Shown here piece by piece: positions 23,032-35,938 of a stretch of DNA of 64,000 nucleotides (position 1 is the first letter of the stretch; each line of letters begins with the position of its first letter). Origin of the DNA: Trypanosoma brucei (lineage: Eukaryota); NCBI GenBank assembly GCA_000002445.1, contig CM000208.1, forward strand, positions 3,936,001 to 4,000,000, written 5' to 3'. The notes below the pieces were generated by a model, which was not told the origin of the DNA, did not search any database, and saw only the letters and a list, made by a program, of their open reading frames with translations. The translations under genes were made by a program, and so were the position numbers.

Positions 23032-24572
23032 ATGCAGACCAAAAGCCAAATAAAGGTAACCATTTTTCTTCTCTGCGTAGTGGCGAACATCGGCCAAGCA
23101 GCGATAAGCGGCGGAGAAAGCGAGGAGGACTTTGCCACACTCTGTATGCTCATAAATATAGCAAAACGTACGATCACCATCCCAACGACAGAATCAGACG
23201 CCGACGCACTAGCCGCCAATATAGGTGCCATAAACATGTCGGTAGCGGAAGATGGACTGCAGGCCAGAGTAGACAAGGCCAAAAAAATAGATCAGCTAAC
23301 AGGAGAAGCGGCTTCAGCAGCCAAAGGACTGGAGGACAAGTGGGATTTTATACAAAAAGCAAAACAACAAATTGAAGGAAACAAAAAAGCAGAGTACGAG
23401 AGGTGGAAGCAAGCACAATTGGCAACTAAAGCAAGGCGACAGATTTCTATGGTCGCAGAAGAAGCGTACAAACTGCACCAAAAGCTAGTGGCCGCCCGAG
23501 CTAAACTAAATGCCGACAAAATCAACGCCAAGCTCAAGGAGGCCTTTTACGGGCCTAAAATGAGCGCAACTGAAGTCAAAACGAGCGCCGGCAGCAGAGA
23601 AGCAGCATGCGGGCCAACTAACGGCGAAGGCGTGGCAGACGCAGGCAGCTCGCTTGCGATGGACCTACTTTGTATCTGCGGCAAGCACGCCTCAGACGTA
23701 TCCGGCCATAAAGCCTGCGGTAAAGACTGGAGCGGCGGCGCAGTAGCGACCACAAATTGGGACCCGACAAGTAACGCAACGCCGATAATATCGGCCTTGC
23801 TCACAAAATGCCAGCTGCAAACAACGAAGGCAACACTTTCAACAGCGGAATTAAATGCAGCCATGAACAAGTTTTTAATGCGCATATCAGTCGCAAGGGG
23901 CACCAGCGGCGCAAAGAGGCGGATGCTAGGGACTCTAGACGGCACAGGTGCTGGAAAGTGCAGCGGACATCACGACAGCACCAACGGCCCTTGTGTTCAA
24001 TACAAGGAAGCCCACCTAACAGGGCCGGACATTTCGATCCCATGGTACGTCGCGCTAAAGGAAGCCCACGACAGCTGGGAAGCGGCAACGCAAACGAAAG
24101 GAGACATCAGAAGACTTGAAGCGCAGTTAAAAGCACTAAACCTAACGGCAAATAGTTTACATCTGGAGACGGAAACAGCTCACAAAAAAGAAGTCACAGT
24201 ATAAGCGGAAGCGGAAACTCTGACAAGTAAACAAAAAGAATGTGAAGCGATACAAGCAGCGGCTGACTGCAGAAAGAATGAAAACTGCAAGTGGGAAGGC
24301 TCTGATGACAAAGATGGTCCCCACTGCAAATTGAATACAACAGCAGTAGAACAACAAACAACACAAGCAGGAAAAGATGGAGCAACAAGCGGAGCAGACC
24401 CTAATTGTAAGCAACATGGGGATAAAACTAGTTGCGAAAAGCGCAATACTGCTGGCCTAAACCCTGTTTGTGGCTGGAAAAAGGCAAAGATAATGAGCCT
24501 GATCTAGAAAAAGAAATGTGCAGAAATGGTAGTTTTCTAGTCAATAAGAGATTGGCTCTTATGGCTGCATAG
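23032..24572 (+). pseudogene. VSG pseudogene (A-type; in-frame TAA at 24202-24204 and a C-terminal frameshift)
   Basis: 390-aa ORF with a signal peptide, DFATLCMLINIA, INMSVAEDG, LLCICGKHA and IPWYVALKE. It continues in frame past the stop with ECEAIQAAADCRKNENCKWEGSDDKDGPHCKLNTTAVEQQTTQAG, then a shifted ...CRNGSFLVNKRLALMAA*. Confidence 0.8.
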
Positions 24573-24837
24573 TTTGACAGTTATATATAATTTTAAGTAT
24601 GTATAAGCATATTTTCTCAATTTTATGGAATTTGTAAAATTGCTTAAATTTTATATATTTGAACGCCTTTGTAAAACTTTTGCAACTGGTTAAAAATTTT
24701 TAAAAGCTCAAAGATATAAAAACTTGAAATTTTTGTAAATTCTTCTTAATATATATCTATTGCTGCGGAGCTTTATGGTGATAGAATATGGAGAGTGTAT
24801 TCTGTTATAAGTATGTATATACTTACGTTTAATAAGA

Positions 24838-24925
24838 GCAACAACAATAATAATAGTAATAATGATAATAATAATAATAATAGAAGAGTGTTATGAGTGT
24901 GTGTATACGAATATTATAATAAGGG
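24838..24925 (+). repeat. 70-bp repeat
   Basis: AATAATAATAGTAATAATGATAATAATAATAATAATAGAAGAGTGTTATGAGTGTGTGTATACGAATATTATAATAAGGG. Confidence 0.8.
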
Positions 24926-25612
24926 TAGTGGTTGAAGGGCAATACACGGCCAAAATAGAGACACTTGCAAGTATAAAAAACGCAATGTTTGTAAGTGAGT
25001 AGGCGAACACTGTGGATTACATTGAACGAAGTGCAGAAATACAAAGACAGTTAGATATGGAATATGTGTGGGCTCAAACGAAACCACGAAGGTCAGCATC
25101 ATTATACATGTGGTGGTTGTGCCGAGGCCAATTTAGGAACAGGAAGACTCTAGTGTACAGACCAAATTTATATCGGCACGGGATACGCAACAACATTGGA
25201 TTTGGTGAGGAAGTTACACCACTGCGAAATTTAGGAAAGCAGATAGTCGGCATATTTACAGCACAAAGGCTTAAAATTTATAGTAAACGTGAGGACAACT
25301 AGTGTATCTGGCTATTTAATTTTTATCATAATGTACATAGGGGTTCATGTAGCGTCTAGCAGCAGTTGTCCTTGAATATAAATTAAAAAAACAAAAAAGG
25401 CAGGTCCTTGATGAGATATAATCTTAAAACACTGAGAACACACTGTTTGTCAGCTACATCATAAAAATATCAGAGCGCTGCATATATATATATATTTGTA
25501 AACATTACTTCATAACTAATCATATTTTCTGCACAACTGCCTTCTTCTATCAAAATATTCTATCATTTTATAAGAATTTTAAAGTCTTTCCTTAGTATAG
25601 AAGTATTGTCTT

Positions 25613-26715
25613 ATGAAATATATAGAAAGAATTCATGCAATAATAGGCTGTTTATCCTTTATTGTTATGGGGATTAATTTATTTACGTCACTATATAACT
25701 TGTTTTGTGAGGATTATCCTATTTCACTTGAAATAATAGAAAATGACTATATGAGATTTGTTACGCAGGATGTAAGGAGGATTTGGAAAAGCAAAGATTA
25801 TTTGGTTGTAGCTCTAATACCTTTAATAGATAATAACGAGATTTTAGAAGAAGGAATATTCAAAGAGAAACGTGTTGGAGTTATCCTGAAGTGGCAAGAA
25901 AGTCAAATAATTTTACAGGGAAGTTGCTTGTAGTATATGCTCTTTCACCTTACACAAATAACAATTGCAAACTCAGAGAAATTGCTGCAACAGAGGGTTA
26001 TGTAAATCAGGATATTATTATTTTACCCGTTTGCGATGTCGACCCTACAACAAATAAGAAAGTGGGAGAAGCTGGTAATTGGGGTTGGGAAGCAGAACTC
26101 ACGATGAGTAGAAAAACGTATCTGTGGTTCAAATTTTCAGTAGAGATATTCAAGAAAACTAATCCCTATATAATAAAAGCAGATAACGATATATTTATGA
26201 GAGTGCCATTGTATCTAAAATATCTAGAGCTGCTTCCAAGAGAAAAATTAAATATGGGGAGAGCAGTTGGATATTATAAAGATTTTAGTGATGAAATTAC
26301 ATGGCACACCATTGGTTATGCATCGACACTATCTAGGGATGTAGTTAAGAAAATTGTTGATTATGACCCTCTGAAAAAATTAGTAAAAGCACCAATTAAG
26401 TTCAGAAATTTTGAATCATATATGGATTTTAGAGCACTTAATGAAGATACTATGGTTGGAGAGGTAATAAGGAGTAAATTGAAATTTGAGGGTTTATTAA
26501 CTGTGGATATGCAGGACTGTCATTTTGTAATGCATGCGCAAACTCGGGGACCAACCGAGGCCAAAAGTAGTTGCAACATCATAGCATTTCATCATATCTT
26601 GCCTTACCAGTATCAACAGCTGCCCCTAACATCGAACACATCAATTTGTGCAGGCAAACGAAACCCAGTGTTACGCACCATAAACGATCAATGGGCAGAG
26701 TTCACTTGTCAATGA
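25613..26715 (+). pseudogene. Glycosyltransferase pseudogene copy 1 (trypanosome UDP-Gal/UDP-GlcNAc-dependent GT, GT31/GT67-like; frameshifted)
   Basis: Two overlapping ORFs in different frames (25613-25933 and 25891-26715). An N-terminal hydrophobic anchor suggests a type II membrane protein. YIIKADNDIFMRVPLYLKYLELL resembles the beta-3-glycosyltransferase LLKxDDDVFV (DxD) region. Confidence 0.6.
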
Positions 26716-27199
26716 CAGTTATTCCAAGCCAAAGCAAGCAACGAAAAACCGAGCAAATAAGGTGGGAACCGGCAAGTCTCCGCATGCAATGTAACTATGA
26801 CCTGGTAGGCACAACAAAAAAAGGAATAAAAAAGCATGCACCGCAATTCGGTATTTTCAAGAGACGGCAGCAAACTCAAGCCACAAAAGCTCCAACTCAA
26901 AGCTATTTCCCCGCACCGACCATAGCATGTAGGTGACAAATAAGAAACGACTATGTAAAAGGCAGTAAACAGAAACGACACAAGCTGCGTGATCCAGGAC
27001 CAAACAAGTGTTGTTTTTCTTTGCCGACGCGGTGGCTCGCTACTGGCTAGCAACTAAAAAACAAAGATAATCTAAACAAATTTTTTTCGTTTTCACACAG
27101 AGGTATAAACACCATGTCCACACACACGATAATCAAAACCAGCAGCCTGCAGCAATTCTCAAAACACTAGGTCGCCATTCAAGAGGAAATTTAGTTAAA

Positions 27200-28740
27200 A
27201 TGGTCAAACAACTCATGACAAGCGCCATCTTAGTGCTACTTGTAGCAACAAAAGGTGATGCAATAGTGGCAGCAGGTGACAATGCAGCAGCAGCAGGCGC
27301 CCTTTGTGAAGTTCTGGCATTAGGCGCCGGGCGGAGTTTGCTAACTCAACCTAAAGAAAACGCTGACACAGCGCACCACAGCCTCCTAGACTTGAACATG
27401 TCGCTTGCAGGTGAAAGTTGGAGGTCTGTCTTTGAGGAATCAGGCAAAAAGGGAACATATCCGGCAGCGAAGCCACAGCGCTACGACACCAACAAAGATT
27501 GGGATACAAAATGGAAGGAATGGTCGCAAACGGCTCAAAGGCTAAAGGACGCTGATGGCATACAGCAGAAACTCAAAGAACACAAACTCCATTCCAGAAC
27601 AGTCCAGCATTTGGCAGTAGCCAAGCAAGCGGTCCTACAGCTAGCCGATGAACAATCAAAACTTGCAGCGGAACTTCAAAGGATAAAGGACACAAAGAAA
27701 ATCCTAGCTAACGATCAGCTAAGAGAAAAGATAAATACAGCTCTCTATGGCGAAAACGTCGCCACAGAAAACACACTATCACCTAACAAGGTATTTGACG
27801 CAACAGCCGGCAGCGACAGGAAAGCCAACTGCGACGGCACAGCCAAAGACAACAAAGCGAAAACAGTGATGGCAGCGCTGGTGTGCGTATGCAGCGAGGA
27901 TTCATCCAGCGGCCTAGACCAAGCGTGAAACAAGCATCTAACCCTAAATCAGCAATGGACATCGAGCAGTCAACCAACAAACGATGTGATGCAAGAGCTA
28001 AGAAACCTCTGCCCGACAGCAAAGCCGACAACCATAACGGCAGCCAGACTGGCGAGCATAATAAGCAATGTTAAGACTCACTTCATCGCAAGCTCATCAG
28101 CAACGGTATTAGGAAAACTGGATACGGGAGCAGCCTGCAGTGGTTCTGCCAACAGCGGGCTCTGCTTAAAATACACGGACGTCCACCAAGTGGCAGCAAA
28201 CACGATAGACGACATCAGTTGGATAGCTGCTCTAAACCAGATAGTAAACGACATAAAAGACCACGAAGAGAGCGTAGCGGCAGTAGACAGCATCGGCCGC
28301 CAGCTAAGCGCAAACACTGAAAAAGCAGGAGCCTTTATCGCCAGCATAGAGCAGTACACGCAGGCACAAGCAGCAGTATCACCAACAACGAATCCCAACC
28401 CCGCACAGGCTCAGAAAAACGATCAAAATGCAAAAAATGCTTGCGCCCAACACAGGTCTAACACAAGCTGCACAGATGAAGGCTGCAAATGGGATGGGAC
28501 TGAAGAAACCAAAGGAAAGTGCAAACCTAAAGATGGGGAAGTACAGAAAACTCAAGGAACAGGAGAGGGAGCTGCAGAAACAAATGCCGAAGGCAAAAAG
28601 TGCTCCGAAAAGACAAAGCAAGAGGAATGAAAAGATGACTGCAAATGGGAAAATAATGCTTGCATAAATTCCAGTTTTCTTGTAAACAAACACTTCGCCC
28701 TCAGCATGGTTTCTGCTGCATTTGTGGCCTTGCTTTTTTA
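27200..28740 (+). pseudogene. VSG pseudogene (A-type; frameshifted)
   Basis: ORF 27200-27928 with a signal peptide, ALCEVLALG, LNMSLAGESW, REKINTALYGE and ALVCVCSED. ORF 27986-28630 carries the C-domain with CTDEGCKWDGTEETKGKCKPKDG. The last frame has [36 protein letters not shown]. Confidence 0.8.
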
Positions 28741-28791
28741 ATTAACCCCCCCTTTTATAAAAATTTTCCCCCTGCTAAAATTTTGCTACAC

Positions 28792-28807
28792 TGATATATT
28801 TTAACAC
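28792..28807 (+). promoter_or_regulatory. VSG 3'UTR 16-mer, perfect
   Basis: TGATATATTTTAACAC. Confidence 0.85.
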
Positions 28808-28943
28808 CTAAAACCAGCTGAGATTTTTTGTTTGTTGTTTGTAAAAATGGTGATTCTGTAAAAAATATTTTCTGGCAACTAAAATTTTTTTCTCTTTTTC
28901 CCGTTTTTTTTTGAGTTTTTGTAGGTAGGTAGGAGGGGGGTAG

Positions 28944-29078
28944 TTAGGTTAGTTGGGTTAGGGTTAGGGTTAGGGTTAGGGTTAGGGTTAGGGTTAGGGT
29001 TAGGGTTAGGGTTAGGGTATTGAGGGTTAAGGTGGTGAGGGTTAGGGTATTGAGGGTTAAGGTGGTGAGGGTTAGGGT
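28944..29078 (+). repeat. Interstitial telomeric repeat tract: about 11 perfect TTAGGG units, then two copies of a degenerate variant unit
   Basis: GGTTAGGGTTAGGG... from about 28955-29018, then GGGTATTGAGGGTTAAGGTGGTGAGGGTTAG twice. The G-rich strand reads 5'->3' on the plus strand, the polarity expected for a chromosome end lying to the right. Confidence 0.9.
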
Positions 29079-29536
29079 TTTTACTTTTTGGATCATTTTT
29101 TATTTCACTTCTTATTAATTTTTTATTTTTTTATAATTCGTTAATTTTTCATTGTAAGTGATGCAGAGGCCTTTTTTGATGCGCAATCTCAAACACATTC
29201 GTACAGTATTCATCTTGGTCTTCATTTTTTTCGCATGAAGCATCAACGTGGTTTATTACGCTTTTGCTTATTTTTCTCGTGTCAATTTTACCTCTGCGTT
29301 TTGCGCTGCGCGAGGCTTCAATTTTTTAAAACGCTAGCGCGTGGCAATTTCGCTAGGAGAAACGATTTGCTATTCAGGTGCCCTAAAAATTTTTTTATTA
29401 TTTGAAACTGGCATAATATGGAGTTTGGCAGCTAAAGCCAGCCGACATAGCAGCTTGGACAGGTCGTACCTTGGCACAGCAACCCAACAAATGCGAGCGG
29501 AGCTCTCAAACAAATAGCTGAAGCAGCAGAAGGACA

Positions 29537-30040
29537 ATGCAGGTGCATCTCCATGCCCTAACAGATCCGTCGGAAGTCGTCAAAAATCTTAACGAAGAGT
29601 CCCATAATCACTACGGACATAAATACACAGCAAAAAAAAACAATCCAACAATAGAAGAACAGAATAAATGCAAACTAAAAAACACAACTGCTGAAGAATA
29701 CGCAAACGAGGACTGCGAATATAATGCTGCCAAAAACACAAGAATGCAAACCTAAACCAGGAAGAGAAAACACAGCAGCAGGAACAAGAGAGACAATTAC
29801 CGTGGTAGATTAAAATAAACACCGATCCCAGAAAGCATGTGAAGCGGAAAACAAGGATGTCAAACCTAGTTACAAAAAAGTATGTAGATGAATTGACTGT
29901 GTTGATGGTACGGGAAAGCTTCTCAAGCCCGAGTGCCGCTATTCCAGCTCTCTCATCAATAAGAAATTGGCTCTGGGTATAGCTGCTGCTTTGACGGGTT
30001 TGGCTACACTCTATAATTATAAAATTATAGTACTTTAAGG
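29537..30040 (+). pseudogene. VSG C-terminal fragment (degenerate), lacking an N-domain
   Basis: Cysteine-rich C-domain-like ORF 29537-29755, then ...IDCVDGTGKLLKPECRYSSSLINKKLALGIAAALTGLATL (degenerate GPI signal). VSG-type 3'UTR follows. No 70-bp repeat or N-domain lies between it and the telomeric tract. Confidence 0.55.
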
Positions 30041-30284
30041 ATTTTTTAAATTTCATGAATTTTGTGAAACTCTTCTATGTTGAGAGGATTTGGTAAAATT
30101 TTATGAAATTTAACATATTATATCACTTTTTTAAAACCTTTGCGAAATATGAAAAATAATAAATTGTTTTCAAAAGAATACGTAATTTTTATACGAAAGC
30201 GACCTCTAGGAGCAAAGATGTAACAAAGTAAGGTAATGTGGTTTGAAAATGAGTGCTATTCTAATTTAGTTAATTTTTGTTTAT

Positions 30285-30380
30285 TCTTCTTCATTTTATA
30301 GATGTCAATGGAGACTATAATAAAGATGATAACAATAGGAGTGTATTGTGAGTGTGTCTTTACTAATATTATAGTAAGGT
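30285..30380 (+). repeat. 70-bp repeat (single unit)
   Basis: ATAAAGATGATAACAATAGGAGTGTATTGTGAGTGTGTCTTTACTAATATTATAGTAAGG. Confidence 0.7.
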
Positions 30381-31697
30381 TAGTGGTAGAAACTAAATAG
30401 ATGAAAAATATAGAAGGGCTTCAGACAATGACAATAGTGCAATGTGAGTGGGGCAGCGGATGAGTGAGAGAGCGCGGGGAATATTTTTATGAAAGGGAAT
30501 GCAGAAAGACAAAGGGAAAAAGATGGAATATGCGAAGTTTCAAACACATTAAAGGCAATGTACATCATTGCACACAAAAGAAGGGTACGGAGATCATTAA
30601 TGAAAAAAGTAAACCTTACAAAAGTAGTTGAGTTACTTTTTTATCAGAAACTGACAAGGAATGAAGCAACAAAAACAGCTGACTAAAGATCCAGTAAAGA
30701 CCGGCGATAAAAGAATAAGAACACGCTTATATGAAATGATGAAAGATCTATATTAAGTAAAGACAATCAATACTGATACTCCACAAATTTAAGACATGTA
30801 TAAAGGCCAGACATTAAGACATCTAAAGAAACGAATAATTAACATAAGAGTTGTGACTGATGCAAAAATAATGTATCGTATTAACAAGGTGGAAGCAGTA
30901 AGGAAAGCACTTTCTTTCTCCAAAATTCCAGGTCTTAAGGAAAAGTGAACCATATCCATACTACAATATCTAAAAAAGAAGCACAACACCATCTTTGTGA
31001 GAGATAAGCAACAGCGGTATCTGGTCATTCGGAGTCATGAGGATACATTGAAACTGCTAGATGGTAGAAGACATTTAAAAACACAAATATAAAATGTCTT
31101 GGGTATACCAAAATCTGCGGTATTTTAAAGAATGACAGAAAGAAAATTCTAGTCGTGTATGAAAGAACTATATAAATGAACACAGTATGATATAGGTTGA
31201 AATTAGCAAGAGACATTAGCAAAAAACAAAATTTACGTTAAACGTTTTTAGAATTTTTAACTCTTTCTACGGTAGAACTAACTTTTTCACAAGTTAAACA
31301 CGTAAAAAACGCTACCATTTAGTGTGGTAATTTACATATTTATGTATATCTTTATGCCAATTTTTTTAATTTGCGTTTTTTTCTTTTAACACATGCTTTT
31401 CGCTTGTTTGCCGTGGTTTTCTCATTTTATTTTGTGCTCTCAATGGCCTGACAGCGATATAGAGGCCGATCCTTTGTTGAAATTTTTTTTTACTGGAGTG
31501 GCGGAATTTAACGTCGCCACAGCATAGAAAGGAAGAACACCACGACCACATAACCAAATGTTGCTTTAAAACCTAAAGATCCAGACATATGACAACGATG
31601 TGAAGTCTACGAACTATTTCCTGTAACTGACATAGGGAAGCAACCAAATAAATCGCTGCAACGCTAAGACTAGTCGCATAACTGTTTCCTCACTTAC

Positions 31698-33320
31698 ATG
31701 ATTAAAGAAGACACAAGGATTCAACCAATTTATTCTATGCTAAAAGTTGCGGTATTTGTATTACCAGCGGCGGCTTCCAACACACCACGGCAGACAGCGG
31801 CAAATTCGCAAGCCGACGAAAACGCTCAAGAGTTCGCTCTGCTATGCGACACCTTTCACATAGAAACAACAGAGCCCAAACTACCGCCTGCATCAGACAC
31901 CGCGAGCACAATAGCAATTAACATAGGGGCCATAAACATGTCAATTGCAGCCAGCACTTTTAAAGCCGACATCGACCACACAAAGTATTTAAGTGAACTG
32001 CAAGACAAACCTGCCGTACCCAAAACAGGCGACGAAAAGGGCCGCTGGGAAAAATACTATACCTTCTGGAAAAAATGTAAGAATGCAATCGAAACACACC
32101 CCAACAAAGCCGATTAGGCAAAGTGGTCGACGAAAAAGATTAGAAAAGCCCAGCTCGAGAAATTACGTTTAAACGTCGAAAGGGCCTTTGAATTTTACAA
32201 AGCAACCCAGACAACACTAAAAATCGCCCAGGCAACAAACATTCAGACACTTTTAAATAACGCCGCCTTCGGAACGGGCAACACAGAAGCGACAACAAAC
32301 TATGGGCCAGGCAACCGCGCAGCCATTTGCTCGGGGACATCAACGAAGACTCAACTCAAGGCAGGGACCTCACTCAAACTAGACCTTCTTTGCCTTTGTG
32401 CCTATGACAACGGCGCCACCCCTAACGGAGCCAAGATATGCGGCCCCGACACGGCAGCGGCAGGGAGCAGCGCCAGCGATAACTGGGAAGGACACTCAAA
32501 GACGGAAGCAAACTGGACGCCGTTGAAAGCCGCGTGCAAATCAAGAAAAACTCCGGGCAGATTAAATCTGGCAACCGTAGAGGCAATCAGACTGAGACTG
32601 GCGGAACTACTGGGGCGCCAGACACCAGAAGAAGCCAAAGCTCATAAATATGTACTGGGCTCAATAAGAGGCGATGGAAGCGAGGGCTGCAAAGTAAATA
32701 AAGATAGAAATGGTGGCAGGTGCGTCAAGTACGCAGAGTCAGATCTGACCGACCCGGCAAAAGGAATAGAGTGGCTTAGAAATCTACGCGACGCAGCATT
32801 GGCCAAAGAAGCAGCGGTCGACGCCAAAAAGGAAATGACAGCCATTACCCGCAGTTTACAACTACTCAATGATTCCACCAACCTACTATTCGACGAGGAT
32901 GAGACAACACTAGCACCGGCGACAACACCAAACCCATCACCAACAGGCAGTAAAGCACAAGAGCAAAAGCAAAAAGAACAGTGCGAAGCGATAAAAGTGG
33001 CAACTCAGCGCAAAGGAAAGAAACCACTTTGCGAATGGAAAGGCAAAAATGACGAGGATGGAGAACACTGCAAATTGAATACGGCACACGCGTAGCACAA
33101 CAAACAACACAGGCAGGAACAGCTGGAGGAAATGGAGAAACAAAAAACAGATAAGTTTGGCCAAGCAAAAACTCCTGAAGAATGTGCTGCAGTGAAAGGT
33201 GAAATTCCGAAAAATAAAAAAGCCGCTTGTGGATGGATCGAAGGCAAATGTCAGAATTCAAGTTTCCTCGTTAATAAGAAATTGACTCTAATGGTTTCTG
33301 CATTTGTGAGTTTGGTATAA
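31698..33320 (+). pseudogene. VSG pseudogene (multiple frameshifts)
   Basis: N-terminal ORF with EFALLCDTFHIE and INIGAINMSIAAS. The middle ORF 32523-33095 has GRCVKYAESDLTDPAKGIEWLRNL and CEWKGKNDEDGEHCKLNTA. The terminal ORF 33132-33320 has [30 protein letters not shown]. Confidence 0.8.
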
Positions 33321-33407
33321 TTCAAGCATTTTAACGATTCTTATTCAATTTTGCGAAATTTATGAAAATTTGTTATTTTCAGATAATTTTCTAAACTTTG
33401 AAATATT

Positions 33408-33423
33408 GAATATATTTTAACGT
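33408..33423 (+). promoter_or_regulatory. VSG 3'UTR 16-mer, degenerate (TGAATATATTTTAACG)
   Basis: 3 mismatches to the consensus, about 90 bp after the stop. Confidence 0.5.
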
Positions 33424-33555
33424 TTTTTGATGAAAATTTGAAAATCAGTAGAAATCATTAAATATACGTATAAAAGTTGCTTGTGGGTGTAAATTAGTAT
33501 GGTAACAAGATATGGATAATGAGCACTTTCTCAACGCATTTCCACTTTTGTTTTT

Positions 33556-33905
<350 letters not shown>

Positions 33906-34692
33906 AATAGTAGTAGTAAGTAAGTGATCCGAATGACGAGTGCAAAGAGAGAGAAAACAAGGACTATTATTGAGGAAGGCGACGGTAGACAAAAAGAGCA
34001 AGAGGGATAAAAATAGAATGTTAGAATGTTAGAACAAAAACGTCACGATGGAAATCATCAGACACAAAGAACTGATATAAGCGGATGTATTCAGTACACA
34101 CATAAGGTTAAAGCTGCTTTTTTGCTGACCAGCAACATATAAGATGGATAAAAAAATTCCGACTGTAAGAACGCGTCGGACTAACCCAAAGTGTGGAATA
34201 GTATAGATCGATCATCGATCCACATATTTTACCTCAAGTGGGATAGATATTAGCGCATAAATGATAGTAGAGGCAGGTGTAGAAGCTGTTAAAAAATCAC
34301 CGATGATGGCAGTATCATGGAACTTCCCGATGGATGTGGTAGGTAAAATAGAAACTATTAAACTTCTCACTATATTTGAATAACACAGCGAGACTATCTA
34401 CTGAAATTACCATGTAAATGTCTAAAGAGGAATTCTATATTCAGCGACTGTGCCATATGTGACTGAAGTTATATTCTAGGCGACAAAATTGATACATGGT
34501 GGAATATAAGCTGTCATTATTTAGTGTGCAGCCTTAAACAGTTACATCATATCAACAAAAAGTCATTACTTATATTTGCAAACATTTTTACCCTACTATA
34601 CATCTTAGTTGCTCCCACTGACTTCTTTCCTTAATGTTTTATGTGATTTTCTAACTGATAATAAGCTCGCCTTAGTATGACAATAAAGTCTT

Positions 34693-35843
34693 ATGAAGTA
34701 TATAGAGAGCATTTACGCAATAATCGCTTTCTTTTCTTTTATTTTTATGGGGATTAATTTATTTGCGTCACTATATAACTTGTTTTGTGAGGATTATCCT
34801 ATTTCACTTGAAATAATAGAAAATGACTATATGAGATTTGTTACGCAGGATGTAAGGAGGATTTGGAAAAGCAAAGATTATTTGGTTGTAGCTCTAATAC
34901 CTTTAATAGATAATAACGAGATTTTAGAAGAAGGAATATTCAAAGAGAAACTTGTTGGAGTTATCCTGAAGTGGCAAGAAAGTCAAATAATTTTACAGGG
35001 AAGTTGCTTGTAGTATATGCACTTTCACCTCATACAAATAACAATTGCAAACTCAGAGAAATTGCTGCAACAGAGGGTTATGTAAATCAGGATATTATTA
35101 TTTTACCCGTTTGCGATGTCGACCCTACAACAAATAAGAAAGTGGGAGAAGCTGGTAATTGGGGTTGGGAAGCAGAACTCACGATGAGTAGAAAAACGTA
35201 TTTGTGGTTCAAATTTTCAGTAGAGATATTCAAGAAAACTAATCCCTATATAATAAAAGCAGATAACGATATATTTATGAGAGTGCCATTGTATCTAAAA
35301 TATCTAGAGCTGCTTTCAATAGAGAAGCTGAATATGGGGAGAGCATTGGGCGAACTTGACGAGTATATTGGCAAGCTGACGTGTTATTTTGTTGGCTACG
35401 CCAATACGCTTTAAAGAGATGTCGTGGAATCAATAGTTGTCTATTCAAATGTTTCCAAGCTATTATCCAGTAGAGTCAGTTTTCGAAACTTTGACAAATA
35501 CATAGATTATGCCGCATTGAACGAGGATATTATGGTTGGGGAAGTAATAAGGCACAAAATGAAACTTGAAGGTTTATTGACTGTGGGTATGCAAGATTGT
35601 CATTATGTGATGCATGTGAAAAGGCCACTAGACAGGTTTTTAGCAAGTAATCCTAACCTTATTGTTTTACACCGCATTTCAGAGGAGGAATACAAATGGT
35701 TAATGAAAATATTTGAGAATACAACGGCAGAACAAATATCTGGCCCAACACAAATAAGAATAACGCGATTCTGGCAGGAGTTCAGCTGCCGCCCGCTAAC
35801 GCACGCAACTGGACATGCAGCCACGAAATCGGCACAACCCTAA
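34693..35843 (+). pseudogene. Glycosyltransferase pseudogene copy 2 (paralogue of 25613-26715; frameshifted)
   Basis: Three ORFs in different frames (34693-35013, 34971-35414, 35424-35843). The block 34770-35330 is near-identical to copy 1; the flanks are diverged. The C-terminal segments align with copy 1: RNFDKYIDYAALNEDIMVGEVIRHK versus RNFESYMDFRALNEDTMVGEVIRSK. Confidence 0.6.
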
Positions 35844-35938
35844 CACGTTGCAGGCTGAGAAACTCAAAAACGGCAAGCTGTCACAACAAAACGGCGCTAA
35901 CCATTTGCAATATTTTTGAAGAACAACAATTAGTTGAC

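Noticed and set aside
25012-25302. 96-aa ORF between a 70-bp repeat and GT pseudogene copy 1
   Set aside because: It has no recognisable motifs, is not duplicated upstream of GT copy 2, and has an AT-rich spacer context. It is treated as a chance ORF, though it is unverified.
28880-28950. Possible additional telomere-like sequence before the TTAGGG tract (GTAGGTAGGTAGGAGGGGGG...)
   Set aside because: It is a degenerate G-rich lead-in that cannot be separated confidently from the telomeric tract, so it is folded into the ITS finding rather than called separately
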